Shown: positions 11,551 to 23,432 of the stretch, one piece after another | Numbering within the stretch: position 1 is the first letter of the stretch | Layout: the number at the start of each line of letters is the position of its first letter | NCBI GenBank assembly: GCA_030704615.1 | Contig: CM060732.1 | Location: 52,700,001 to 52,764,000, forward strand | Length of the DNA: 64,000 nucleotides | Origin: Takakia lepidozioides | Taxonomy: Eukaryota > Plantae > Bryophyta | Reading direction: 5' to 3' | Notes under the pieces: generated by a model | The model's database searches: none | Told to the model about the DNA's origin: nothing | Seen by the model: only the letters and a program-made list of their open reading frames with translations | Program-made: the position numbers and the translations under genes

Positions 11551-13853
11551 GATTTCTGCAGCTTCTTTCTTCCATTCATCCTCACTCACTTCCTCTTCTC
11601 TTTCAGAATCAGAGGAATCTGCCATAGGAATATCAGTACTCTTCTGCATTTCCCTTATGGTATCTGCCACTTCCTTGTGCAGTTCCTTCTCATCTCTCTA
11701 AGCCTCATCATCTTCAGGCACATCACTGCCATCTTCATTATCATCACCTTCCTCATCTACTGGAGGTATTATTTTGGCTTTGCTTCTGGTTACTATCATT
11801 GTACTTACTTCTGGTACAACCCATGGCCTAACCATGTGAGCTGCCACCACTGGGCCCTCATTCACAGGAGCTCTCATCTCATTCTGGTGTCTGATCTAGA
11901 ATGGACAGGCTGCCTTGCGATGTCCTGCTTGATTACAATAGTAACACAGTTGTTCCCCATTAGGTCCTCGCCCTTGGTCTGTTCTGGGATTGTTTCTGTA
12001 ATCCTGATTCCCTGGCTGGTAATTCCCCCTTGGATTACCCTGATAGTTGCCTCTGGAATTTCCTTGGTAATTCCCTCTTGGATTACCTCTCCCTTCCATG
12101 CCATGGTTATAACCACCAGGCCTACCATAGTGGTCCTGATCACTGTTTCTTCTTGGCTGGGGCTGCTCTTGATGTACCCTTACTTGCCTAGGTTCTCTTG
12201 CTGCTGTCCTTCTGTTGTGGTAACAATTCTCAGTAGAATGGTTATCCATTTTACAGATAGTACAGTGTTTCTCCTTCATGTGGCATTCAGTGGTGGTATG
12301 GCCTTCATTCTGGCATTTTGCACACCAAACACCCTTCCTCCAATGTGTTGCAGCCTCTGTGGCATACTTCTTCAAGATTTCTTCTAATCTTTTCTCATAG
12401 TTATCCCTCTTCAACTTTTCCTTCCTCTTACTCTTCCTCTTAAGCTCTTGCTCTTCCTCCTCATCTGACTCATCTGACTCATCCTCAGAGTCCTCATCAT
12501 CCCTTTTCTCTCTCCTGAGCATTCCCAACTGCTCAATTTTGTTCGCTGTTTCAAATTCCTCTTCCACTGTATTATGGGGTAACATATCCACTTTCTTTTG
12601 CAACTCTGGTCTTAGTCCACTCACAAACCAAGTCTTCTGTAAACTTGGTGCTGGTACAGCAGCCAGCTTTTCATCATCAATTCCATCTTTTCCATATACT
12701 CCTCAACAGTTTCATGCTTCTTTTGCTTTAACTGTTGTAAACTTCCATGCACTTCATCCTCAGTTTTACTAGTCCTGAACCTATTTTGGAATGCTGTATT
12801 CAAGCCATTCCAGGTTATGAAATGATTATCAGGGAATCTTGCATACCATTCACTTGCTTTCTTTATAAGTGAACAAGGAAACAGTCTCATCTTGGCATCA
12901 TCGCCATCCTTATTGTTCACTATACACATGTGCTCAAATTGGCTAATGTGTACATCAGGATCCCCTTTTCCTGAATATATTGGAAAATGTGGTTTTGCCC
13001 GTGTTGGTTGTAACGCCATCTGTGGCCCTACCCCCTGCCCACTGACAGGTGTTGGCCCCCTTGCTGGTGCTAGTCCTTGAGGACCTGTGGTAGTTGTGGT
13101 GGAACTTCCACCAAGTGCTGGCCCCTGAGCACTCCCTGCTACTGGCCTCACTATATTCACAGTATTCCCAGCTCCAATTGCACTACTTCCCACACTCCCT
13201 GTCCCCCCAGAGCCAGATCCAGGCCGCCCGCCTGATCCCCCTGAGCCGACACCTTTGTTGGCATGTGATCCAAGTGCTCCACTTGATCCAGATCCAACGG
13301 GTTGGGATGTCCTGGTTGTAGTCTCAACCTTAGCTGTTGGGTCTACTTCTTCATACTCTTCATCTTCCAATTTCTTCTCTCTGTTTTCATCTTCCAAGTT
13401 CTGCCCTTGGGTTTCTTCTTCTTCACTCATGTAACTCAATTGCAATGGTGTTGGAGAGTCTGAACTCTCCGTTGGCTCTGCCACATCCTCTCCTCCTTCT
13501 TCATCTTCCGTTTCAGAAACTGGAGTTCTTGCTTTTGGTGTTCCATGCCAACTCTTATCAAAGATTTCTGTCAAATCTTTTATCCAGGGATGTACATCAG
13601 ATCTTTCACCTCGTGGTTGATCTTCTTCTTGTACCAATTCCCTTAATTTTTCTTGCAAAGGATAAGAAGGAGTGGCATCCAACTCTCGTTCTTCCGGTAT
13701 GGGTGATGTACTCTCTGATCTTAATGGTGTGAGAGGTCCAGATGATTCCCCTATGTCTATTCCTCTCTCCCAAAGATATGAATAATTAGCTTTCAAATAA
13801 CTTTCTCTTTTTGCTGAATATCTCTGGAGACTAGCTTCTCTTTCATCACTCAT
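11551..13853 (-). pseudogene. Element AB gag (frameshifted; pol deleted)
   Basis: FPIYSGKGDPDVHI..LFPCSLIKKASEWY gag core; three CCHC knuckles (CAKCQNEGHTTTEC, CTICKMDNHSTENC, CYYCNQAGHRKAAC); RGNYQGN repeats. Confidence 0.9.
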
Positions 13854-13874
13854 GTCCCATGTCTTTCATTTCTT

Positions 13875-14560
13875 TAATGTGACAATAACCAAAACTCTCT
13901 TCTGTAGTATCTCTCGTATATGCCTGGGCTTCTTTCAAGCTTCAATGCACCCTTGGCTATACTAGAAGTCTCCATTACCATATAACCATATGGCAAACAA
14001 GTCTGAAAAGCTGTTCTTGGTGTGAGTTTGAATATCCTTTGGAATCCAATTTTTTACCAGTACAAGCTCCTCATGCATATGAGTATAAACATTCACCTTC
14101 CTTTCCTCCCAGCCTTCAAACTCTACTCGCTTAATGGATAGCAATGCTATCACATAAACCAGTGTTGGTAACCAATGTGCTCTTCCTCTACAGGCCACCT
14201 GATAAATCTTTATCACTCCTTTCTCTAGAACCCACTCAGGGTCAGCATCATGTACTCTCTTAAGAATGTTTTCTTTACAACCGTCAAGCAATTCCAAGAA
14301 CCTCTGAAAGAATTGTTTGGACAATCTTTCCTTCTCAGTTCCACAAGGAATTTGATTCACATCAAATTCTTTAATTCTCAACCACCATGATCCCACCAGA
14401 TGCCTGTCACATCTGGTTGTTCATGACCCAGTTCCCCAGTATGGTCGCCAAATGTCGAGCGGCTTTTACTCACCCAACCCTTCGCTATCCGAGGTGGAAA
14501 CTCCAAGATAGAAGAGTTGGATATCTCTAAGCACTCAGCCCGCTCAGAACAATCAGTCAT
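13875..14560 (-). pseudogene. Element AB extra ORF0 upstream of gag, starting in the LTR
   Basis: ORFs 14378-14560 and 13962-14396 are homologous to C 23325-24019. Confidence 0.7.
14433..14450 (-). promoter_or_regulatory. PBS of element AB (tRNA-Arg-like)
   Basis: TGGCGACCATACTGGGGA 2 nt after LTR end ...CTCGACA; resembles the complement of the plant tRNA-Arg(ACG) 3' end. Confidence 0.75.
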
Positions 14561-15409
14561 GACCTGCAGCTAGTGAATCATGGTTGTGCTTTCTATTTGT
14601 ATTCCTTCCTGCCTTCATGTTATCAATTTACCTTACCGTGTATACTGAAGCATCAGATTGCTTCAGTATCTACTAAGTTTCAATTAATCATGCATTCATT
14701 CCACAACTTCTCTCGTGTCTCTCTACACAGTATGTTTGTATCGATTCAGTATCGGATTAAGATTAATCATGTATCATGCCTATGCCATGGTGTCTCTATT
14801 CTACCCTATTGTATAATTTTACAGCTTGCATGAACTAAGCCTCATTCAAGTCATCATCTCCTCTTCACTGTTTCCGCTCTCCGTTACCTCTCCTCCTCTC
14901 CTGAACAAGTCGCCCTCCTCTAGAAGTGATCCCCTTCCTGTTGCCGCTCTGCCTAATCTACCCGCAAGCTGTTCTAACCACCTAACTAACTAACCGTTAC
15001 CCCTGAAGTAACACGTTCCCTCTGAAGATGTCGTTCCCTGTCAATGATAACTATTCCCCATGTATTGTGACAGGCTGTGTCAAGCTGTGCCGAGCTGTGA
15101 CTGGCTGTGTAAAGCTGTGTCGGGCTGTGTCGGGCTGTGTCAGGCTGTGTCAAACTGTGTCTGGCTGTGATAGACTGTGACGGGCTGTGTGAAGCTGTGT
15201 CGGGCTGTGTCGGGCTGTGTCGGGCTATGTCAGACTATGACTGGCTGTGATAGACTGTGACGGGCTGTGTAAAGCTGTGTCGGGCTGTGTAACCCCCTAA
15301 AGCCTGCTCCTGCCACCCCTAAGGCTCATGTTGGTCTCAGTCTGCGCAAAAATTAAGGGTACCCCACAGAACCCGTAAAAGCATCTAAGTCCCAAGCAGC
15401 CCTCTAACA
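14453..15409 (-). repeat. 5' LTR of element AB (957 bp, TG...CA)
   Basis: TGTTAGAGGG...CGCTCGACA; flanked by AGACC (15410-15414, minus strand); closest to the LTR at 21296-22183; holds a 10-bp CACAGCCCGA-type array at about 15067-15290. Confidence 0.95.
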
Positions 15410-15570
15410 GGTCTCTCTAGTTTAAAGGAGGGGAAGAACCACCAGTTCTTGATCAGCTCTGGTAATCCTGCCCTTTCTAGACAATGCTTAGTCCAGTGTT
15501 CAAAAGATCCACAGATATAGCATGCAGCATGGTTACTTTCATATGCCTGCCCAATTTGGGTACGACCCCA
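15410..15570 (-). pseudogene. Element D gag zinc knuckle and slippery site
   Basis: Minus strand reads CYICGSFEHWTKHC, then TTTAAAC TAG (15426-15417). Confidence 0.8.
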
Positions 15571-18416
15571 AGATATGAGCCTCTGGGATTAGTTATTGTG
15601 CCCATCAGGATTCACAAGAAAGAGGTGGTGGTGACATGCATAGTTATAATTGGGGAACAATTCCTGCTAGGCCTTGACTGGATAACTGGAGCTGGTTCCA
15701 CCATCAGCCTGGCAGACTATTCCCTTCGCTTTAGCAATGGTGAGGGACATGAGATCGTGGTTCCCTTGAAAGCAGTGAAAATCAAGGCTGGGTCTGCTAC
15801 AGCCAATCTATCCAGAGTCCAAGCCATGGTCAAAGAGGTACAACAAAACTCTCACTTCACCTCAATTGGAATGATTTTCATAAGTTTCAGCTTGATCTTC
15901 AACTCTTATATCAATGGCATGTTCCTAGTACTGGTGGTAAAACAGGGATGCCCATAGCTGCTCCCAGGAATTCTACCCTGATTCGTGCACCTCTCAACAT
16001 AACCATCCCTGCCATGACCCAGAAAGTGGTCTAATCTAGCCTGGCCTTCCTCTGTCTAGCTGCTCACTTCCTGGAAGTTGAAGGCTGGAGGAGATTGACT
16101 GCCCTCAAACATTGTCTAGTCGCCACAGGTGTTCTAGATACGGGATATAGACAAGAAGTCAAGATTCTAATTGCTAACCTGACGCTTCCCTGTGACCATT
16201 AAGAAGGGGCAGGTTGAGATGATTATTGCAAAAAATCTAGATGTCTTCAGCTTGGGGTCCACTGATTTAGGATGCACTCCCATCCTTCAACATGACATTG
16301 TTACAGAAGGACCTCCTATCAAACAATTTGCTTACCGAGAGAGTATCAAAGAACGTGCTATAGTCCAAGAGGAAGTCCAAAAAATGTTTGATGCTGGTGT
16401 GATTAAGCCGTCAGTTTCTCCTTGGGCTAGTCATATTGTCCTAGTTGGAAAGAAAGATGGCACCACCCGCTTTTGTGTTGACTTCAGAAAACTGAATGAC
16501 ATCACTAAAAAAGATGCCTACCCTCTGCCTAGGATCAATGAGACCTTGGATCAATTTTCTCCTCTCTTGATCTTGCATCTGGTTTTTGACAAGTCCCTTT
16601 CACTGAAGCAGCCAAGAAAAAAACCTCGTTTGTGTGTCGCGTGGGCAAATACCAATATGAGACCATGCCCTTTGGTTTATGCAATGCCACCTCCACCTTC
16701 CAACGCCTCATGGACATTGTCTTGGGAAATCTTCGCTGGGAATGTGCCTTAATTTATGTTAATGATATCAATGTGTATTCAACTAGTTTTGATACCCACT
16801 TGACTGACCTACAGCGTGTGTTTAGCAAATTGCGTACTGCAGGCCTCAAAGTGAAGCCAAAGAAGTGTGAACTATTCATGCCTAAGCTACACTTTCTTGG
16901 TCATATCCTCTCCAAGGATGGTTTGCTTCCTGATCCTGCAAAGCTTGAGTCTGTTTGGGGCTTTCATATTCCCAATGATAAACATTGTATCAAATCCTTC
17001 CTAGGTCTGGCTTCTTATTATAGATGCTTCATCAAACTTGCCCACCCTCTAACCAAGGTGTTGTGCAAAGATGCCAGGTTTGAATGGACCTTCTCCCAGC
17101 AGACTGCCTTTGCCACCTTTCGCAAGGCTTTGTGTTCAGCTCCCATCTTGATGTTTCCCAACTTTGATTGTCTTTCTTGCTTCAGACTGATGCATTAGAT
17201 GTTGCCATCTCTACAATCTTATGTCAAGTTGTAGAAGGCAAGGAGCATGTAATAGCTTATGCATCTCGCTGTCTTGATCGTCACGAAAGGAACTATTCCA
17301 TATCTGACAAGGAGGGTCTGGCCTTAGTATTTGATGTGAAGCATTTCAGGCAATATTTGCGTGGTAGCCGGTTTGTGGTGGAGACTGATCATCTTCCACT
17401 TAAGGCCCTTGTCAAACCAAGAGAACTTCATGGCAGACTTGCTAGATGGGCTATGTACCTGCAAGAATTTGACATGGATATAGTCTACAAGAAGGGCAAG
17501 GAGAACACAAATGCTGATGCACTCACACGGGCTGATCCTCCTATCAGCAGGCCTATGCTCACCTTGGATGACCTTGCTACTAGTGATGTAGCCCCTCCTC
17601 CTGATCCTGCCCCTCTTCTCAACCTTCTTTGTGCTGATCAGTTCCATTGGCCTTGGATTCCCATGGCATGTTGGCTGCTTGAGGCTGGTCTAGCCTTCTT
17701 GATGATCATGGTTGATTTATTTGTGTGTTAGTATGTGTGGTGGATCTATCGCTTAGTGAGAATTCGGATAGTTTGGTAGCCGTCCCTTGTTGTGTTTTAG
17801 CTCTTCTCTTTCCTAGGCCCCCGAATTTGTTGTGATTCAGCTGCTGCACTCCGGTGTGACTATTGGCTTGAGCCTCAAGGCTTGATTTGGCTGTCCATGA
17901 GTAGTAACAAATGAGGTGAATGTATCCTTGGCTGGAGATCATAGGTGCAGGCACTCCAGACAACCTTCTCTAAAATCCATTGTCTATCTCTTATGTGCAG
18001 TGCAATCATGGATGATCAGCTACATGCTGCGCTACTCCAGCGATGCCAATCAGGGCGTTCGCCAGCTGGCCTTTCCGAGTCCTTGCGTAAAATTCTCTAT
18101 CATGTGTCTACTCACCGTTTCATGGGTGATAAGCTTTTCAAGGAGCTCACTAGAGGAGTGCCATGCTACTTGGAGGTGCCACCACGGAGCGAGTTGATTG
18201 CTTTATTGGAGCGTTTCCATTGTTCCTTGTATGCAGGGCATCTTGGTATTAAGAAAACCGTGGCCCACATCCAAGAGGTATACTATTGGCTGGGAATTCA
18301 CCGAGACGTCACCGAGTTCATCTCTAAGTGTGAAGGTTGTCGTGCTAACATTGCTCTCCCTAGGGCCTGGATCTTGTATGAGCTACAGCCTTTGCCTGTC
18401 ACCCATGCTTTTGCTT
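15571..18416 (+). pseudogene. Element D pol: protease C-half, dUTPase-like segment, RT, RNase H, integrase N-terminus
   Basis: FLLGLDW; GVLDTGYRQEVKILIAN; SPWASHIVLVGKKDGTTRFCVDFRKLN; MPFGLCNA; IYVNDI (decayed YxDD); QTDA..AYASR..ETDH..NADALTR; H-H-C-C zinc finger, LQPLPV. Confidence 0.9.
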
Positions 18417-21257
18417 GCCCTTCACATAGTGAGGGTGGACTGGCAGGGCAACACCAGTCTAAGAAACAGAAGCGGGGTATGACTGTAGTGGTAGACCCAC
18501 TGGCTTCACGGAAACCGCAAGATGATGTTTCCCAAGTTCTTGTGCAGGATGGGGCACAACAGCACAGAGGGCTGTTATTATTGGAAGCACGGCCTTCGGA
18601 GAGAGAAGAAGAAGTCACTTTGGTACCACAACCATCACAACCAGTTGACTCAGTTGTCTCAGAGGTTCCACAGTTAGAACATGCTGTGACACCACCCCCA
18701 ATTGCTCTGGACGGAGAAAGGTTTGACATTCCCACTACAAAGCAGGTCGTGGCAGAAATTGAGAAGGGTGACCTTCTCTATGAAAACTCTGGCTTGGTAA
18801 GGGAATCAGTGGTTCCAGAGGTGCAGAGTTTGTCCAGGGAAATCCCTGCTGTGCATGTAATACCCACACCTGTGACGGAGGTACCAGGGGTAGAATATAA
18901 GGACACTGCAGCACCTGTGGAGGATGAGGTGGTTCAGGAAGAGGATCTGGTGGGGCAATGGCCTGAATGGTTGGTGAAGCATCACATTGTGGAAGATCAG
19001 GGGGAACAGCAGCAAGTTCACCATGATGACCCCCCAGCAGGCCATGCTTTTGAGTTCCATAAGCAAGACACTCAATTTGTTGGGCACTTATATGAAATCC
19101 CATGTTACATCTACCCAATTGGCAGCTTTGAGGGAGGAACTCAAGAAGGAGTTTGAGACTCGAATTTCCACTGAGTGTGCTAACAAGGTAGATGCGGAGA
19201 TCAATCTCAAGTTACAGCAAGAGTTGGAGGACACAAAGGCTGCCTTACAGTTGGCTAAGGGACATTTGATTGAAGCAGGTCTCGAGCAGGACCAGTTGCA
19301 TGAAGCACATAAGCAACAGTTATACCAATTGCAGGTGAAGCATGAGGGCAAGTTGCAAGAAGTGAACGTACTACATACGGAGTTGGAGGCAGTACATCAG
19401 AGGATGACCATACAATGTGCTACACTCACAACTGCTCTAGAGCCAACTGCATTAGAAGTTAACAGACAAGGGGAGAGATGTATGATGGCAGAAGCTGAGA
19501 TAATAGAGCAAGGGAAACTCATTGTTGATTTGCAGGCTACGATCTGTCACAATGGAAATACTTTCCAACAGTACAAACAGGTTGAGGCTGACCAGGAGAG
19601 GTACATCCTGGAGTTGCAACAAACAGTCATGGTCAATAGAAATGAACTCTCTGTGGCTAACAAGGCTTGGAAGGAAGCCAATAATCTGGCTGCAGCCTAT
19701 GCGGGCCTGTTTGAACCTCATGCAAAGCGCATGGAGGCTTTACAGCAGCAGTTAGATGTGTATAGACTCATGGAGGAGCAGACTCTCAGGGGTGTCACAC
19801 AGGACTTGGTGGATAACCACCTTATGCAGGTCTGGTTAGCACAAGGGCCGGTAGAAGGCAAAGCACCAAGGAAGCTCACCCAGGGCGAGATGAATGAGCT
19901 CAGATTGCAGGTGCAGAACATTGCCACAACTACTATAGACAATGTCTATAGTAGGATAGCGGAGCTACAGGAGGATGTGGAAGGCCTGCAGACTCAAGTG
20001 GATGAACTGAGTTCAAATATTGACAAGAGAGTCTTTGTTTCTGAGGAGCAGCTGATGGCTACTTATTTACATGCCAAGATTCTAATTTTTCAGTCTTCTT
20101 CGCAGGTGGTGCAGGAGATGCCAGTGGTACCAATACCACAGCAGGTGCCTGTGCAGGTAGCTGACCATATTGCTACTACAGCCAAACCACAACCTGAGAT
20201 GTGGGGGGATGCTGCTTTTAACCCACCTAGGACTCCTGCTGCACGGGAGTACAGTCGGGCTATAATTATGCCCTTCAACCAAATTCCCATTGTGCTGGAT
20301 TTGGCTTGGAAGGAATTTAGTCCTCCACAGTCGTTGGCACATTACTACCAGATCATGCGCATTTGGTTGCCGGTGGCAACTCGGACTAAGGTTCTTCCGA
20401 ACAATTGACCCATTGAGGATCATCACTTTGCCAGGTACTGGTCTGAGGCAAGTACCATGCTGAAAGAATTAATTGCCTTCCAGGTTGTACATGTGTACAT
20501 CTATACCAAGACCAAGGAGGTATCTAGTATTGTCATGGGCTGTGGATTATACTATGCTGCTTGTTTTATGGCACGTTATCACATTGAGCAGCAGAAGATG
20601 CAATCACGATTTCTGAGTTATTCCAGTGGGGATCATTGGGTCTTACCTTCAGTGCCACCTCATATGTACCTATATGGTGAGTTATGATGCAGAAGGATTC
20701 CCAACTTCGTTCATGGTTTAATTCGGCTTGGAACAATTTGGCAACACAGAAATTCGGCCCTGAGGATATTTTCTTTAAGGGACATGAAGCTTGGAAATAC
20801 TTACACTGTTCCAAAGTCATTGGCACACCTCTCACCTATACGGATAAGAAGTTCAGGGTGTTCACTAATTTTGCTTGCAAGCGCTTATAGCAAGTTGTAC
20901 AGTTTAAACTTCCAGACATGGTGGGCCTACATTGTATGCCACGCAGGATTCCACTTAAAGTTCGGCCGTTAAAACACCTAAGGAGGGACGAGGATTCTGA
21001 TACTATGTTTCTTCATAGGACTCTTTTGACATGGCAGAGGACTATGCACTTCAGATGGCAGAGAAGAAACGACGGGGATCTCCTATGCCTGAGAGGTTAC
21101 CTCGTTATCAACCAAAGGAGGGTCAGACATTTCCAGGTAGTGCTCAATCATCTCCATCAGCCAGTGACAGGACTCGGGCTCGCACACGGAGTCTTCACGA
21201 GACTCTTACCGACAGAAGGGTGCTCGCTCACAAAGGTTTGCTGATCCCAAACAGTAA
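18417..21257 (+). pseudogene. Element AB accessory ORF-X, central coiled-coil and C-terminal parts
   Basis: Frameshifted ORFs 17945-19156 (3' part), 18987-20408, 20457-20687, 20684-20890 and 21031-21264 are colinear with C 29830-32936. Confidence 0.85.
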
Positions 21258-21278
21258 ACCGTGAGGACACGGCTTTTT

Positions 21279-21295
21279 GAAAGGGGGAGGGGTAA
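21279..21295 (+). promoter_or_regulatory. Polypurine tract of AB
   Basis: GAAAGGGGGAGGGGTAA directly before the 3' LTR. Confidence 0.9.
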
Positions 21296-22183
21296 TGTTA
21301 GAGGGCTGCTTGGGACTTGGACGCTTTTACGGGTTCTATGGGGTACCCTTAATTTTTGCGCAGACTGAGACCAACAGGAGCCTTAGGGGTGGCAGGAGCA
21401 GGCTTTAGGGGGATTACACAGCCCGACACAGCTTTATACAGCCTGTCACAGTCTATCACAGCCAGTCATAGTCTGACACAGCCCGACACAGCTTCGCACA
21501 GCCAGTCACAACCCGAAACAGCTTTACACAGCCAGTCACAGCTCGGCACAGCTTGACACAGCCTGTCACAATACATGAGGAATAGTTATCATTGACAGGG
21601 AACGACATCTGCAGAGGGAACGTGTTACTTCAGGGGTAACGGTTAGTTAGTTAGGTGGTTAGAACAGCTTGCGGGTAGATTAGGCAGAGCGGCAACAGGA
21701 AGGGGATCACTTCTGGAGGAGGGCGACTTGTTCAGGAGAGAAGGAGACGTAACGAAGAGCGGAAACAGTGAAGAGGAGATGATGACTTGAATGAGGCTTA
21801 GTTCATGCAAGCTGTAAAATTATACAATAGGGTAGAATAGAGACACCATGGCATAGGCATGATACATGATTAATCTTAATCCGATACTGAATCGATACAA
21901 ACATACTGTGTAGAGAGACACGAGAGAAGCTGTGGAATGAATGCATGATTAATTGGAACTTAGTAGATACTTAAGCAATCTGATGCTTCAGTATACACAG
22001 TAAGGTAAATTGATAACATGAAGGCAGAAAGGAATACAAATAGGAAGCACAACCATGATTCACTAGCTGCAGGTCATGACTGATTTTTCTGAGCGGGCTG
22101 AGTGCTTAGAGATATCCAACTCTTCTATCTTGGAGTTTCCACCTCGGATAGCGAAGGGATGGGTGGATAAAAGTCGCTCGACA
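21296..22183 (+). repeat. 3' LTR of element AB (888 bp)
   Basis: TGTTAGAGGG...CGCTCGACA followed by TSD AGACC (22184-22188). Confidence 0.95.
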
Positions 22184-22477
22184 AGACCTCTTGGGAAGGG
22201 GACAAGAGGTCAATCATCTACCAACCCTACCTCTCTTATACCAGTTCAAGTTGTTTTATCTACTAACTTCAAGGCCTTCCATTGTCCTCTCAGCAGAAGG
22301 GCTGCTGACCAGCAGATCAGTCCCCTTATGGCTCAGTGCCACATCCATGAGCTAAGCTTTCCCTGCGTGATTGATACAGGATGCACCATACCTGCCATTC
22401 CTCTGAATGTAGTAAGAGTCATTGGTCTTAAGCTATGCCCTGCTTCAGGAGTTGAGGTTCTGATTGCTGATGGGTCC
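22184..22477 (+). pseudogene. Element D frameshift hairpin and protease N-half
   Basis: Stem GACCTCTTG-N9-CAAGAGGTC (22185-22211); CVIDTGCT aspartic protease motif; ends ...LIADGS. Confidence 0.8.
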
Positions 22478-22518
22478 TATTATTACCATTTGTTGGCCCT
22501 TATGCCTGACGAGGTTGC

Positions 22519-23432
22519 TGTTAGAGGGCTGTCTGGGACTTAGACAGTTTTACGGGTTCTGTGGGGTACCCTTAATTTTTGCGCAGACTTACGGATGGTA
22601 GACTTAGACCAACATAGGCCTTAGGGGTGAAAGGCACATGCTTTAGGGGTGGAAGATAGGCTTACACACTCAGTCACAGCCTTATACAGTCATACACAGC
22701 CTATTACAGTCGTACACAGCCTGACACAACTTGTTACAGCCGGACACAGCCTTACACAGCCTATCGCAGTCTATCACAGCCCGACACAGCTTCACACTGC
22801 CAGTCACAGCCCGTCACAGCGTACGTAGGGAACGGTTATCATTGGCAGGGAACGACTGTGTGGGAACGACATATGCAGAGGAACGTGCTTACTTTTTGGG
22901 TGACAGTTAGTTAGTTAGGCGGTTAGAACAGCTTGCAGATAAATTAAGCAGAGCAGGACATGGAGAACACTTCTTGGAGGACACTTCTGGAGATCAAGAC
23001 TTAGCCATCGGGAAGGAGAGATGGATAAGACACGAACTGAGGATGCTTGATTCATGCAAGCTGTAGTGATATACCGTAGAGCAGGCTAGGGACACCATGG
23101 CTTCGGCCTGATACATGATAAATCTTAAGCTGATACTTATTCGATACAATCACACTGTGTAGAGAGACTTGAGTGAAGCTATGGAATGAAGGGATGAGTG
23201 AATGGAACCTGATAGATACTGAAGCAATCTGATGCTTAAGTATACACAGTAAGGTAATTTGCTAACATGAAGGCAAGAAGAAATACAAACAGAAAGTACA
23301 ACCATGATACACTAGCTGTAGGTCATGACTGATTGTTCTGAGCGGGCTGAGTGCTTAGAGATATCCAACTCTTCTATCTTGGAGTTTCCACCTCGGATAG
23401 CGAAGGGATGGGTGAGTAAAAGCCGCTCGACA
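22519..23432 (+). repeat. 5' LTR of C (914 bp)
   Basis: TG...CA, nearly identical to 32975-33885; 10-bp CACAGCC-type array at about 22670-22820. Confidence 0.95.

Noticed and set aside
11545-12387. 280-aa hydrophobic membrane-like ORF (and 25415-25999)
   Set aside because: Antisense shadow of the purine-rich, repetitive gag frame
17945-19156. Novel integrase-zinc-finger/acidic fusion protein
   Set aside because: Chance in-frame fusion at the inversion breakpoint near 18417; the same applies to ORF 10455-10868
18987-21257. True retroviral Env glycoprotein
   Set aside because: No clear signal peptide, furin site or C-terminal TM anchor seen; only the position is env-like
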